Part shown: positions 26,501 to 38,887 of the stretch, in pieces
Position numbering within the stretch: the first letter of the stretch is position 1
Layout: the number at the start of each line of letters is the position of its first letter
Assembly: GCA_002633005.1 (NCBI GenBank)
Contig: NMRA01000556.1
Span: 215,448-279,447, forward strand
DNA: 64,000 nt
Direction of reading: 5' to 3'
Origin: Phoronis australis
Taxonomy: Eukaryota; Animalia; Phoronida
The notes under the pieces: generated by a model
What the model was told of the DNA's origin: nothing
Database searches by the model: none
The model's input: the letters and a program-made list of their open reading frames with translations, nothing else
Made by a program: the position numbers and the translations under genes

Positions 26501-29500
26501 AAAGTCTACTTAACACTTAAATTCTTGAAACAAAACAATGTTCTTTACACGTAAGAATTTCTTCATCATTCCAGGGGCAGTAAACCGGAAGTGATATTGG
26601 ATAATATCATCAAGGCATGTGGTTTAGTGCCCCTTTCGGATTTGCTTGCGATACCATCCTTGACTTACATGTCGCTAAAAACGAGACGGAAAAGGTACCT
26701 CGATCAAAAAACGTGAAGCGTGTAATACAATAATAACAGAGGTCACTGGCTTTAATTAGATTGGGCAGCTTGACGTAGGATTAATTCGATTCTCGTCCAC
26801 TGACATTTCATAATACGATATAGCAAAAGGTTAATTTTCATTAATTACGAGAAACTGGATTTGTGTTCTTAAACCAAGCTACCGTTTCTGGTTGCGTTAA
26901 TCACTTACACTAGACGCCATTTGATGTTTCCGATTCACGAAAAAGCCCTAAATACTGCCGACATCCTTCAAGCGATCCTGCATGTAACATAAATCACAGA
27001 AAAATGCCAGCTTCGTGGGTGACTTTTTTCATTTTGTGATTGCACTTTTTACATGTAGCACTTCATGTTCAAACTGCAGAAAGTCTTGTTCTTTCAAAAA
27101 TACTCACATGCGTATCAGGCGGGGGTAGCTTGCTGAAATCGTTATTTCCAGCATTTCTAGCATTTCTGCTTATATCAAAAAGCATCTTACTGTGGAGGTG
27201 ATAATGTACATTTTGCACACGTGTTATTTTTCAATAACAGCGCCTATATCTGTCATATCCTAAGAGTTTTAGAATGTAACACCGTAAACAATACCATTTG
27301 AGTGTTGTCCTGAATTACCATGTCGACGACAGGAGGCGCCATGCTTGTCAATTTAATTTCGTCACGCTTGGATTTTTGTCTCCATGCCCAAGGGGCTCTG
27401 AGTCGACTTCTTGGGAATTTAGTAAAAAGTCATGTGCACGATTCCACAGAAAACTTTTGTCCGTAAGTGTAACCATAGCTGCTGGCAAAATATATGAATC
27501 GGAGCCAACCGGTCATAATTTCTCTACTCCGCACACGTCCCGTGGCTGACAAGAATATGTCTCCACTAATAATCAAAGCAGTGGCACTTGCATACTATTT
27601 AAGAAGGCGGCGGTCTGCAGAGCAAAATGTTACAGCAAGAATTTGACGCGATTTTCGGCTCAAACGTTGGTTTGAGGGAAGGTACTTTTTCGAGAGTAAT
27701 AATAACAAGACTCACATTGATTTTACGGTTATAGATTTTTGGGATTTCTGCAATAGATTTCGGGACAATATTTAACCAATCAGAATGAAATCAACCAATT
27801 AAACCGGGGAAAGTTCAGTGAACAGAAAGCGCAGAACACGCATGTCCTACAATTCTGTTACCATGAAAGGTCCACGATATCTGAGGTCTCGGACAAATTA
27901 TTCTCGTTTCGAGACAGTGACGAATTCTTACATCATCAGCACTGGCACTTTGAACGTGTTTGGTAACAACAGGACCTGAACAAGCATTGGATCTCAATAT
28001 GTAGGGAAGTAGTTAGTAGGGCAGTTATACTTTCAGTGCCTTTAAGTAAAGCAGGCGCGTCACTGAGTCTGAATTATAAATGTGGCACACGTTTGACTAC
28101 AATCGTCCGTCAAAAATTACGATTTTGTTCATTACAATAAAGCGGCACTTTCGGTTAACGCAAAACATTTGCGAAACACTTACGCCGAAAAAAATTTCGT
28201 TGTGTAACGGAAACCTTGAATTGTCCCGTAATTCAGCATTCCAGCATCGCCAACAAATAATGGTGGCCATTTAACTTGCGCACTTGTAAGCGATTAACAA
28301 ACTTCGAACACTCGCTAAACACCCGTCGCGCGTGATTTTTGCGTGGTCTCACATGATCTAGCCTTTCTTACAAGAAACTTCTTCTACAGAACGTTCTCAA
28401 ACATATGTGTACGTAGAAATACAAATATCTTTGAAACACCCGAGGATTTTTAATTGCGCGCATGCGTATTCGAATATACGCCATGGCTACGCAATCACAA
28501 CAATTGTGAAATATGATAGTTCCGGGGTTTATTGCGCTTTTAGTGGTCTCGGCAGACTAGCTCGTGTTCTTGGGATAGAGAAAAAGGCGTGTTTCATTTT
28601 AATTATAGAAAATGACAGTGTGTTTTAACATGCAGCCAGACTTTCCCACGAGTTTGTTTCAAACAATCTCTTGTCGAGTGTTGAAAAAGAATCTGCAACA
28701 GTAAACGATGGTGTCACAGTTTGTCTGGACTTTTCGTTTGACACTAACTATGTTTTGAAACTGTTTACCTTCTTATTTCAACCGTGTTGTCGACTATGAA
28801 ATTCCATTACGACTGGGAGTGTTTGTTAAGGTTTAAACGAACCCTGAACAAACCACCGATATCGCATCATTCCATTTACAAGTGGTCACGAGAGCCATGA
28901 AGTTGAAGAGCGTAATCTGGGAACTCTCTATCGCCGGTTTCCCAATATCTAGTTTTCGAGCCGTCGTGTTGTAATCACACACGCAATGTGTCGTCTGGAA
29001 CAATTCAGTATCAGAGTTTCTTGAGTTATCACATTGAACACTTAAACAAAAAATTTGGCCTTGTCATTGATTTCCATGTATCGTTATGCACAAACCTGTA
29101 GTTTTTGTGGTATTTCACTAAGCAGACATATCCACGCGGTTCAATAAATAAACAGATTGGTCGAAAGTCAAAAATACAATTCAACAGGCTTGCTACGTTC
29201 CGAAAATATATATACTTACAATGCTTGAATGCCCCTCTTCCCGCTGTCACGTGTATCACTGTTAATTTGGCTACATATATGTTCATTTCACGTATTGCCT
29301 GATGATGAGACATGCAGTCTCGAAATATACCTAGCGTTTTAATTTGTTTGTTTGTTATGTTTCTCGGTGTTTTGCTATATAGCTGCACACCCGAAGAAAG
29401 GAGATTGTTTCGACACTACGAGCGACTCAATATCAAGCTTTCAAACAAAAATTTAGGTTGTGTTTTCAAGGAAGTTTGTGCTACCGAACAATACTGATAT

Positions 29501-32500
29501 AAAAAGTATAGTTTCGTAGATATTTGGCTAAATAGGCTCACCTGTTGATAGTGCCCTAGATAACCTTAAACCTTGGGATTTTTTGTTTTATCTATTGTTA
29601 CTGTTTAACCGCTATATCTGGTCTCAAAACTCCTAGGCCGTGCAACGTTTTTTGCATTTAATTCCAAATGATAAGTGTTGGAAGTGGAAATCACAAACCA
29701 CCTAGAGTGCAGTATAAGCAACGTTTCGGTAAGAGGCAAATATCATCCTCTGGTGCAGTAGTACCGTAACACTATGAGAATAGTCACTTCACATCACAGT
29801 GCAGGACCTGCAAACTAACAACTATCTATAACGTCTGCAGACCGTAGGCCTACGTTTCCTAATGAGTCACCTCTCAGCATGGAGGCTCTGTATATCAATA
29901 GCCCCACTGAGATGCATGCAACATGCAAGAGGAAACCGTGACAATGGAAGTTTGAATGTAATCCTTACAGATAAACGATGACTTAGTTTTCGTAAAATTG
30001 AAATAATGAGCTAGAAAAATATTTATTGTGATCGGCCCAGGAGCGGAATCGAACCTCAGGCCTCGCCGTCAAACGCTCTGCTGGCTAATAGCTAACTATC
30101 ACTCAATAAATGGCAGCTAATTTTAATCCCATTAAAATGGAAAAACACCGGCATTGATTTGAGGAAATGTCTGAGAGACAACGGCAGGATCTCGCAATTT
30201 TCAATAAAATCCAGAAAGCAACGGATTTGTTTATATTGCTAAACTCTCACTGATGACAGTTAACAACTTCAAAACTTCTATCAAACCCTGCAATCATCCC
30301 CAAAATGCCTTTTCGACCGTAAAGACGGTAATATTCCCTTAGCAACTATGTAAATACATGCACTTCCAATATAGACAGTGGACACGAATTTAGAATTTAA
30401 AAACTTTGAGCAGTCAATCAACCTATTACCATTTAATAGGAAATATCCGACATAAGTTTTGGCCATAAACCGGCACCTTCATATCTGTGACTTTGTAAAC
30501 GGCTCAAACAGGCTTTTGTTGAACAAGATAAAATTTTTTGACGTTTCGAATTGTTTTTTTGTTTTCTTCTTCAGAGACAATGGGTATATGTGTCGGTCGA
30601 ATATTTCACGAGGTACCGACGTCGGAAGCATTCATTACTCATTGTTTACTCGGTCGCTAACTGGAAAAAGAAAAAAAATCATGTCGACTCATATCGCTCC
30701 GACGGGTAAACAAATTGTTACAGCAGTTTGTTACTGATTTATTAATACAACTGGCTCTAATTCCTAAGAACTGTCAAATAAACGTCAGAGGCTATTTTCG
30801 TCGAAAAAGTAATTTTCCTTTAAGAGTGTTTCGTTTTTTGTATTTTCTATCAGCCTTAAATATGGTCTACAGTGTAGGAAGCTCCCTGTGAAGCGCAGAA
30901 AGGCCAACAGCGAAAGCAGTGCTCATCATAAACCGTGCAGAAGAAAAATCTTGAATATGTTCCTAAAATTTACGGGCATTTGTGGACTTTGTACATACAG
31001 TGTTCTTAATATTGAAAGGTCCTTCATACTAAGTCAATTTAATTGTGTACGAAGAACTTTTCAATATCGCATGTATGTGTCCGCTAGTCAAATGAACTTG
31101 TTTCGTAATCTGATTGTTTTTATCTGTTCATATAGTTGGGGTTTCAACCATGTTAAGTACGTGCTGAACACGTAAACAACTCTCGAGTTTGTGAGACAAT
31201 AAAAAAGAAGAACAACGGATACGGAGGAGAAAGACGAGGAAGAAAAAAGAAAAAAGGGTTATCGAAAATGACAGGAAGGTCTAAACATGTCAGTGCCGTT
31301 TCCTCAGACGTACACAGTACCAATGCCAAACCGACAATAACAGCCGACTCCATATATTATAATAGACAGTGCAAAAATGATAGGCGCTTGCTTCTTCAAA
31401 TTACTTCTTTATAGAAGGTAATTGTTGTTCTGGTATGAGCGGTTTGATGTAAACGAGGGCATTGGCAGGTGAGCCGAAAACGACGAGAAGTGTCGGCAGC
31501 ACTTAAGGTGAAGGGAGGGAGACGGAGTAGAACACATGCCTTTGTAATCAAGAGATATCGCTAGATCAGACGGGATAATCAGAATTGATATCGGCAACGA
31601 CTGACCTTCAAAAAAACAGACGCGTTGAATTTTACCGACACTTGTCGACGCACGTCAGGTGTGCGAGGGTAATAGCAAACGCAGACAGTTTTCCAGGGAC
31701 CTACATGTATGCAAGCTTGTTTGCACCAGATGATGCGTTAGCTGTGCATCCAGTCATGTTTTGTTGTCTTCATGATCGCAGACACATTTTTGGCTGGCAA
31801 TTAGGCGCTCAAGACAGAGGTAGTTTCACGCAAAAACCTCTAAAATAAGCGAAGTAAAGATTGACCTTTTCAAACACAGTTTAAACGTTGTAGCGCCTGA
31901 AATACGTCTTTTGAAATTCGTGAATTTTATTTTTTATTTTTTACTTTTTATTGAAACTGTGAAGCCGATGGAGAGGCTGATTAAACAACAGATGGCGCAA
32001 CTTATTGCTCTGGCCATTGTTTACACCTTACAAATTATATTAAGGATATGCCAGATTAGACGTCAGTTTTAAGCTACACTGTCGGTCCAGTCATTCGGGT
32101 TTGTTTGTATTTCTGAACAAATTGTGAATGAGAAACGTGCCTTAGTTCGACTGTAGATACATGTATACTTTCTTGAAAATAGCGCCCACCCAATAACATT
32201 GTTGCATTTCATCTAACCGACCGAGGAGTCGGGGATAACTCCAGGAACAGTATAGCCCCAGCAGACTAGCACAGAATTTCATTGGATGGCAGTAGTTTTG
32301 GACCACACTGTGGAATGTGTAGGAAAAGTTGCTTTCATAATCTATTGTTGGCTCTAGCGAAGCGGTGAACTTCTGTCGAAAATTGCGAAGTGCGAGTTTT
32401 CGACCATCTCTTTCGAAGCCTGGCTTCCTCTACTACTGCCATCACCAGTACCACTAGTGTCATTGTTGTTATCATTATCATTGTCATCGTCATCTTCATC

Positions 32501-35500
32501 GTCATTGTTATTATTATGTGTCTTCTAAAATCAAATTAAAATCAAAGAAAAAATCTGTTCACGAGCTAAGTTACATGTATACAATGTAAAATGCCAATAA
32601 TTACTATGACTCAAAAATCTAAAGTGAAGGATTAATTTGCGTTTACATACATGTATATATGTTGCTTTTACGGTTGATGGCACGTCGAATGCTCAAATTC
32701 GATATCTCGTTCTTGTCCTGTCCTGTTAACCTTGTTCCCATGGAAACAATAAAGTGATACACTCGTTCACATTTCTAGCATAATCGAATCAACAAGTCGC
32801 AGTGTAAGTATTTAAACATAATGAATGCCATATTTTCACATTCCTATGTCTTTCATTATTTGTGGATAAGGATAAGGCCAAGACACTTGTTGTTAAATGA
32901 ACATTTTACAATGGAGTCTTAGTAGTTCGACAATAACTTTACTTGATACGTGGAGGGTGAAAGTATATGATGTGGCATAAATAAAATGTATTATCAATCA
33001 CATATCGGCAGATATTCTAAAGATTAAAACAGTAGAGAACACCAAATTTATACACGTGTATTTTAGAAGTATATTATAACAGTTGAGCGCAAGTAAAATG
33101 CCCTTTGGTTATGAAGCAACCTACAGAAATGTCCAAATTTGGATATACTAGGAATATTCAGAAATGGATTCTTACAAAACGTCCAGACACTATGTTTTAT
33201 ACACTGTCCACAAAATGCCCGAATGGCTTTCAAAATATGACTTCTATGATTTTCACCAAAAAAGTTACGTAATACTAAAACTAAATGGTAATTTAGATAA
33301 ATGAAACAACATTTTTGAGCTTTCATCGTGGCTATGTTTATCAAACGAAAGATGGTCGCGTTGTTGATAGTGTGATTTGTTATGGATGAACATTTCTTTT
33401 TTATTTTCATTAAGGTTTACTCCAAAGATCTCTGCCATGTATAATCACGTGACATGATTCATGGGAGATGAGCACTGCCTCAAAACTGAAGTTCCACAAG
33501 CTTTTTGCCCTAAAAAAGTAGTGTTACTGAATCAAATTAACTGAATGCACACACTTGTCGATATGGTCTCCCTTGAGTGTACAATTTTTAACGATGAGAC
33601 ACCCAAGCCACTTCCACTCAGATATCTGTGTACCTTTTAAAACGTCTAGGCATCTCATTTTGTGAAAAACATGTAGGCTTAGTCACCAAATTATACCAAA
33701 AAACAAAAAAAACGAAAAACAACAATGGTGACAACAACAACGATATCAACAAAATAACAACAACAACAATAACAATAACAACAACAAGAAGAACAACAAT
33801 ATTGGTAGTAATTTAGTAGAGTGCAAAATAAACAGAAAGAGTGCACAGTTAAGTCTAGGTTCATGTAAATGTAGATATATCTGTTACACAACGTTAATTA
33901 GTACAGTAGTAATCCTACGTGTTGTAGTAGAGCATATTTGTTATGAATACACAAAATATCAAGTANACTTGTGGAATCTGTGTCTCCACATTGCCGATAT
34001 TTCCATCAGTAGTAGAGTATATTTGTTATGAATACACAAAATATCAAGTAGTACAATACTGTTCTCACACATTTTAACTGCAAACGCACGTGCTTAATTT
34101 GGACGTAAACTAATGATGAAGCACGTATACTTGAGTGTACACGTATTGTAGTCCAAGGCGTACTGAGTGAGCACTGAAAAATATATTCACTGCATTCTGC
34201 AAACCAAATGGCAGTGCGTATTTCTTTAAATGTTGGGGTGCACCATTGCATACATTTCGATATTGTTTTACTCAGTTTTTTCGCGTATATACTGGCAAAT
34301 AATTGATTTCGAATACAGGCGTAGCTTCGAGTGTAGGGCCCATGCCTAAATATAGGCGCCGACCGTAAAAATAAAACGCTGTGCTTATCAGTGATGGAAT
34401 TTTGTAAGAAAGATATTTTAAATATCTTAGAAGGATTTAGATTTTTGATACTTCAGTGACTCTCGCCTTTTCTGCAAGACTAGTTAACTATCTTCATTCA
34501 ATTTCCAATTAGCTAGCAAGCTGGCAATCTGGCGTCGGCTATCACAAGCTTCAACCCGTTGCTAATCAATAAATTCATGGAAAGTCGTCACTTTCCGGAA
34601 TATCGGCCACTCGGACTATTGAACCAACCTCCAACTATATTTTTGCATTTTGTGTGCGCTAAATAGTACGCCTCAATCTCGAAGAAATATTTTGAGCCTA
34701 ACATCGCAGAAATTTAGCTTATTTAATAACCCGTCGTTTCTCAGTACGCTATATTCACAAAGTGAATTCCAAAATACTACCCACACTGCTTTGCGTGTCC
34801 GGTGGCGCCAGCTGAATGATTCATGAACTGCTGTCAACAATAAGATTCATTGATTGTTTACGTCCAATAAGTGCACTGTACATAAAATTTACGATTTTTG
34901 TATCTGGGCCTATGAAGTTATGTTTCTTGGCAAGTAAAAGGAACTAAAACCCAAAATAGGCGGGATGCGTATATATCGAATTCATTGTTAATCTTTCAAG
35001 AGGGTGTAAATTAGCTTTCTTGATTTTTTGATTTTGACCACTTGCGGTTACGAAAGTGGTCTCAAACCATTACTTATTAAAAATAGGTGTCACTACTGTG
35101 CCTGGAAACATCTGGCAGCTCATTGGTGCTTTATACTGGAGCCTACAGAGGTCTACTTGTCACAAAGCGTCATTTTATTCGCCATGCAAGGTCTCGAGCA
35201 GTTACGAATAGTCAGTTTGTTGCAAGAGTGTACATTGTATCGTTATATCTAACAGTGCGGTGCTAATTGCTTCGCGTGATATTGATGTTGTTAAAAAGGT
35301 GTTAAAAATAAATTTGTGTCCGAAGAGATGCCCTTACATGTACAGAAACACAGATATGTATCCACAATACAAATATGTATCCACAATACAAATATGTATC
35401 CACAATACAAAGCGTCTCCGATGAGGTGGTTCTAACAAACGTGGGCGGCGTACCATTGGGGGGCTGGGGGGCTGTAGCCGCCCCACTTATTTCATTGCTG

Positions 35501-38500
35501 CGCCGCCCATGGACAAGGGCGGCGCACTCTTTAGGCGGCTGAGAGGCTATAGCCCTCCACTTATTTCAGTGCTGCGCCGCCCATGCAAACGTGCTGCGTG
35601 TGCGCTGCCGCCCTGTCCACTAAGCTCAGCGCGCTCAGTTAAAATTAGCATCTCCCGATTGATGATCGTTCGCGGAGTTCTCGGCCTTAGAGCACATGCA
35701 TTTGCAAATAAAAACGTAGTGATCTCCTTTCAAGGCTTAGACGTTAGGCATTAACGGACGCCGGAAATTGTTCCAGTCTTGTTGGTTTGTACATAGTGCC
35801 GATTTTAAGTATCCATCAAACAAGCTACCCTCTGACACAGCGCCTCCTGTACTGAAAAGTGGTCCTGTCGTGATGATGAACGACACACGGAATTCCGTGT
35901 GTGGCATTAATGTACATGTTTGGTCGGAAGTTCATCGATCACTTCGCCACCACTTGCACACTTTTGTGTACTTGTTTTAGTTTAACAACCGGGTAGGGTG
36001 CTCTTGTTTTTGTCTACTTCGATTACTGCCCGTTTTAATAAATTGCAAGTCTTCAAGTCAAAGGCGGTCGCCATACTACGTAAACAGTAAACTGAAAGGG
36101 GTTTCCCAGATTTCAACCAATGGGAATGACTGAGTGTTATGACGTCGGTTTCATTACTTCAACCAATGAGAAGCCATTATAAACAACATTCCACAGTGCT
36201 ACCTTTCGTAGTATTGTGAAAGAGTGTATCAAACAAGCGGGAAATGTAAAACACGTAGTCGGATGGCAGCAGTTTTGGGCCACATTTTTTAGAATCTGCA
36301 GGAAGATATTTGCTTTTATAATATAGTATCGACTTACATTATGCCTAGCGTTGGCAGGGAATTAATGGTTTCGCCCTGAAAGCTGCCGATTTTGCCACCT
36401 CTTTTCAGAGCCTCGCTTAATATTTCGGTTGAAGTGAAATGATTAAAATACGTGACAAAACGGAATTTGTGTCATCCTGTCTAGACTTTTCATTTCGTTC
36501 ACAGTTTTCGGCACAATGGAAGAAAAGCAGCAAGTCTAGGACGTTTGCGCCGTCTAGCAAAATCCAGTGAAACCTGGTCAGTGCGTCTCTTGGAGGTGAT
36601 CGCTATTCGCGCATGTGCGAAATACAGTCATACTGGCAATTTTTCTCTATAATTTGAAAGTCATGTGACTAGCGGCCTGACTCAAGTCAGCAAATGGGCA
36701 GCCGGCAGATTGCATTCCTCTTGGATGTGAATTTGAGGCTTGAATAAAACCATAGATGATCGTTTGTTTCGCTATAATAAAAGCGTCGTGCGACCGGCTC
36801 AGTTGCTACCTGACATCTTTTGATAGATAGGAACCTCCTAACCGGCCTTAAGCCTGCATTTTCGTCATCATAAGCACGTGTATGTGAATAAAGCAGTAAG
36901 CATTGGTTTGGTAAGAACACATGCTTCGTATTAATGACGAAGCAACAGATTGTCCGGTGAACGCAACATGCTTTAAGTGTACATGTACGTTGACGGTGCT
37001 ACAAAACCACTTGCTTAAACTCGGTATGTGGTTATAGTAATATAGTTATATGTTCGATTGGAAACACCTGTTAATAGTAGCCGGATACCACAAGTATGAG
37101 GAAAATGCCGATTGCAAATATCCCGAGGTTGTCACTGTTTGAAAACCATCAGAGGAAAAATGTCTGCACAATTCCGGTCATTCTTATCCTTATCAATTCT
37201 AGTCATAATTTTGTAAGTCGTTATCGCCATCGGAATAGTTAGTATGACGATTGCTATCACAAGTGTTATCTTTCAGTATCGCTGGCTATTGCGTATAGGA
37301 GTGTACAACTAAAATTACGGTATTGTATGTCCTGGTCCCGAAGGAGAGGTTAACTCAACTTTAAACTAGCGCAAGTACTCAATACATGTACATGTATATG
37401 TCAACTGTTGGACTGCAAGGAACGTTTGTCTAAAAGAAAACGAATTTGCCTGGAATCACTTCTCTACATGTTGCGGTCGACGCGACCTTAGACTCTTGAC
37501 TGTGTTTTCAAACTCGACCACTGTTTGATAAGCGACAGAGGGTAATAGACAAAACACGGCTACTTTCTCAAACCCGTTTTAATTAGCGTGTTGTGTGTTT
37601 TCGCATATACTATAGAGAGTATCCGAATGAGCTTTTTTGAAGAATAACCTATTTCATGTTCGCATGACAACATCAGTAACGTTTCGTGGTCCCGCGAATG
37701 TTTTTTTTGGCGAATGTACAATGTAGTTAATCTTCCTTCGAACGACCAATATCCGGCGTTATAAAAATGACTAACATTGTCACGCTGACCGCTTATCGAC
37801 GACATCTTTAAACCATCCGCAATAGGCCTCATTTGTACGACATTATCAAACAATACAAATGAAATCAAACCAAATAAAGTTATCGATCGCTTTAATTGTC
37901 ATTCATTTTTGACAATGATGATATGAAATATTTCCATCTGCAGTATTAATCGACATTATATGTCTGGAGTGTTAATTGTCACCTGTTCGAGTTAATCGCT
38001 ATTTCAGAAGCATTAACTAAAGCCAACCATTTCAAATACAATGTGTGTTTGATGTTAACATCGGCACTACTAGACAGCCACGCCCAAGGCTGTCCTGTTC
38101 TTGTAACCCGTCGCTGCAAAACACAATGTATCAGACAGATCGGATAACCCGAAACGATGGAACGCTACCCAAAGCACAATACGGTTACAACAACCAGATT
38201 CAACTTATCGACATGGCTCAGAAACTTGACAAAAAAACAGCTGCTCGCCTCAATGGGAAAATGTTTGCTAGGGCCAGGTCCTCCGTCAAAGCCGAGTGAG
38301 CCCACACGTGACACTGTGCCGATTGTTATCTGACCAAACGAAAGACGGGATTGCGTTTAAGTGCAAAAGTGTGTGTATGGCATGTCACAATAATAGCCCT
38401 ACAACTGAGCGCAAAACAATTGTGCGAAATACCTCTATAATGGCGTATTTTTTGCAGATCGCTGCTGCAAACCAGTGTCACCCCCTAAGCAAGTTAGTGG

Positions 38501-38887
38501 CTCTTGAATTAGCCACTCCAAGTTATGCAAGCAAGATGTTGTCAACTTCCAAGCAACGTGTACATTATGACCGCTCCATTAAACAGCTAGAAATTCAGGG
38601 TTCTGGGCTGCTTTCTGTAGACTTTAGGAAACCACGACTGAAGCTGGGGCAATCACGTACTTCGTTTGTAATTCATGGCTACATCTCGCGAATGCATGCG
38701 TGATCTTGCGTTTCTGCGAGTTTGTTGCGTCCACGGGACGTTTGTTTCTTTCGTATTATGTAAAATGGTCCTTTATCGTGATAGAAAACTTACCATTCTC
38801 TCCCTGAGCTTGGGCAGTGAAGCCGTCAAAAATATTGAACACCGTCCCAATGGTCAGCAAAATGAAGGTATTCATTATTATTGTCAT
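11390..38887 (-). CDS. Type I membrane protein, 4 PAN/Apple + 2 CUB, about 783 aa; exons 38887-38794, 23327-23085, 22803-22561, 21401-21132, 18967-18822, 18117-17899, 15341-15107, 14467-13922, 13347-13218, 12043-11966, 11537-11390
   Basis: All junctions GT-AG and in frame (2352 nt). The PAN pattern CAxxC-x5-CxSFDY-x6-CxL...D/H-Y/F-E occurs four times. CUB motifs CGGNLT..G.VASPNWP..Y...C.W.I and GFHA.Y occur twice. Thr-rich stalk, about 20-aa TM, then CCKYRRKK. Attachment of the signal exon across a 15.5-kb intron is the least certain part. Confidence 0.88.
11966..12043 (-). CDS. PAN-CUB receptor: juxtamembrane cytoplasmic exon
   Basis: ATTTCAG acceptor, GTGAGT donor, phase 2-2; encodes KKVPKSGAGKTQHLHAESSALCDEH. 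Confidence 0.75.
13218..13347 (-). CDS. PAN-CUB receptor: transmembrane exon
   Basis: Encodes GSVRPREPPKNGSVNRT-LLAVLITLIAIVVCAAVAMFL-CCKYRR; donor GTAAGT. Confidence 0.85.
13922..14467 (-). CDS. PAN-CUB receptor: CUB2 and Ser/Thr stalk exon
   Basis: CIATLTEDGGEFASPDWPRAYPAGSRCNWLI...YCG...GFHAKYTF followed by a Thr-rich run; phase 1-1. Confidence 0.93.
15107..15341 (-). CDS. PAN-CUB receptor: C-terminal part of CUB1
   Basis: VIHFIFVHIDFG...CSPENDHL...NSVTLVFTSNALRDAPGFHAFY; donor GTGAGC. Confidence 0.9.
15850..16996. mobile_element. Internally deleted ISL2EU/PIF-Harbinger-like DNA transposon within an intron
   Basis: Imperfect TIRs: AATAGCTCACTTGCGAGTTT..CTGTGACGTCACCGGAAAGGGGGCAAAA and TTTTGCCCCACTTCCCGTGACGTCACAG..AAACTCGCAAAAGGCCTATT. 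SAP-like stub on + (15978-16121, TLKQLKIW*MGRGITVNGRRKCELVMLC). THAP stub on - from 16832 (MSKKHCCYGK*TSDSHY). Confidence 0.7.
17899..18117 (-). CDS. PAN-CUB receptor: end of PAN4 and start of CUB1
   Basis: VIGGKCRLSSKTGSDVGGLFVFTTQIHHFEMKPILDCGGNLTTDMGDVASPNWPRQYAPYEHCVWNIRVSPYK; phase 0-0. Confidence 0.9.
18822..18967 (-). CDS. PAN-CUB receptor: N-terminal part of PAN4
   Basis: KHLNFFYATPYSLIISHNDKEFERVTTELCARHCLMEQTFICRSFDYE; donor GTAATG. Confidence 0.9.
21132..21401 (-). CDS. PAN-CUB receptor: PAN3 exon
   Basis: CAQRCLEEKSFKCMSLDYNFTHRRCYLS...HYERI; phase 1-1, donor GTAAGC. Confidence 0.92.
22561..22803 (-). CDS. PAN-CUB receptor: PAN2 exon
   Basis: TVEECARHCYLERRFTCRGFDYVVIKKDCWLT...VDFYER; 243 nt, phase 1-1. 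Confidence 0.92.
23085..23327 (-). CDS. PAN-CUB receptor: PAN1 exon
   Basis: IESCARSCVKETDFECKSFDFANTRRQCRLH...VDHYK; 243 nt, phase 1-1. Confidence 0.92.
30033..30097 (-). repeat. Degenerate tRNA-derived (SINE-like) fragment
   Basis: B-box/T-arm GAGGTTCGATTCCGC on -; no complete cloverleaf. Confidence 0.35.
32284..32426 (+). repeat. Dispersed repeat with a second copy at about 36261-36418
   Basis: GGATGGCAGTAGTTTTGGACCACA..GGAAAAGTTGCTTTCATAAT versus GGATGGCAGCAGTTTTGGGCCACA..GGAAGATATTTGCTTTTATAAT. Confidence 0.6.
33716..33801. repeat. Imperfect (AAC)n microsatellite
   Basis: AAC/AAT runs read directly. Confidence 0.85.
33924..34050. repeat. About 42-bp direct repeat, two copies
   Basis: GTAGTAGAG(C/T)ATATTTGTTATGAATACACAAAATATCAAGTA at about 33924 and 34009. 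Confidence 0.8.
35354..35411. repeat. 19-bp tandem repeat, three copies
   Basis: (ATATGTATCCACAATACAA)x3. Confidence 0.9.
35440..35585. mobile_element. Tandem pair of 72-bp GC-rich mini-MITE units
   Basis: Each unit runs C(GT/AA)GGGCGGCG...GCTGCGCCGCCCATG (35440-35511 and 35514-35585). CAAA flanks the pair on both sides. Confidence 0.6.
38794..38887 (-). CDS. PAN-CUB receptor: probable signal-peptide exon (acceptor at 39027; alternative ATGs at 38923 and 38875)
   Basis: MTIIMNTFILLTIGTVFNIFDGFTAQAQGEN followed by a consensus G|GTAAGT donor in phase 1, matching the PAN1 exon. An in-frame stop lies upstream. Confidence 0.65.

Noticed and set aside
27108-27185. Candidate first exon with a GTGAGT donor
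   Set aside because: No hydrophobic signal, and the ATG-led frame ends in phase 0, incompatible with the PAN1 exon.
31153-31353. ORF with signal-like start MESAVIVGLALVLC as an alternative first exon
   Set aside because: No suitable donor; it runs into low-complexity pyrimidine tracts.
33691-33891. Cys-rich ORF
   Set aside because: Translation of the antisense (GTT)n microsatellite.
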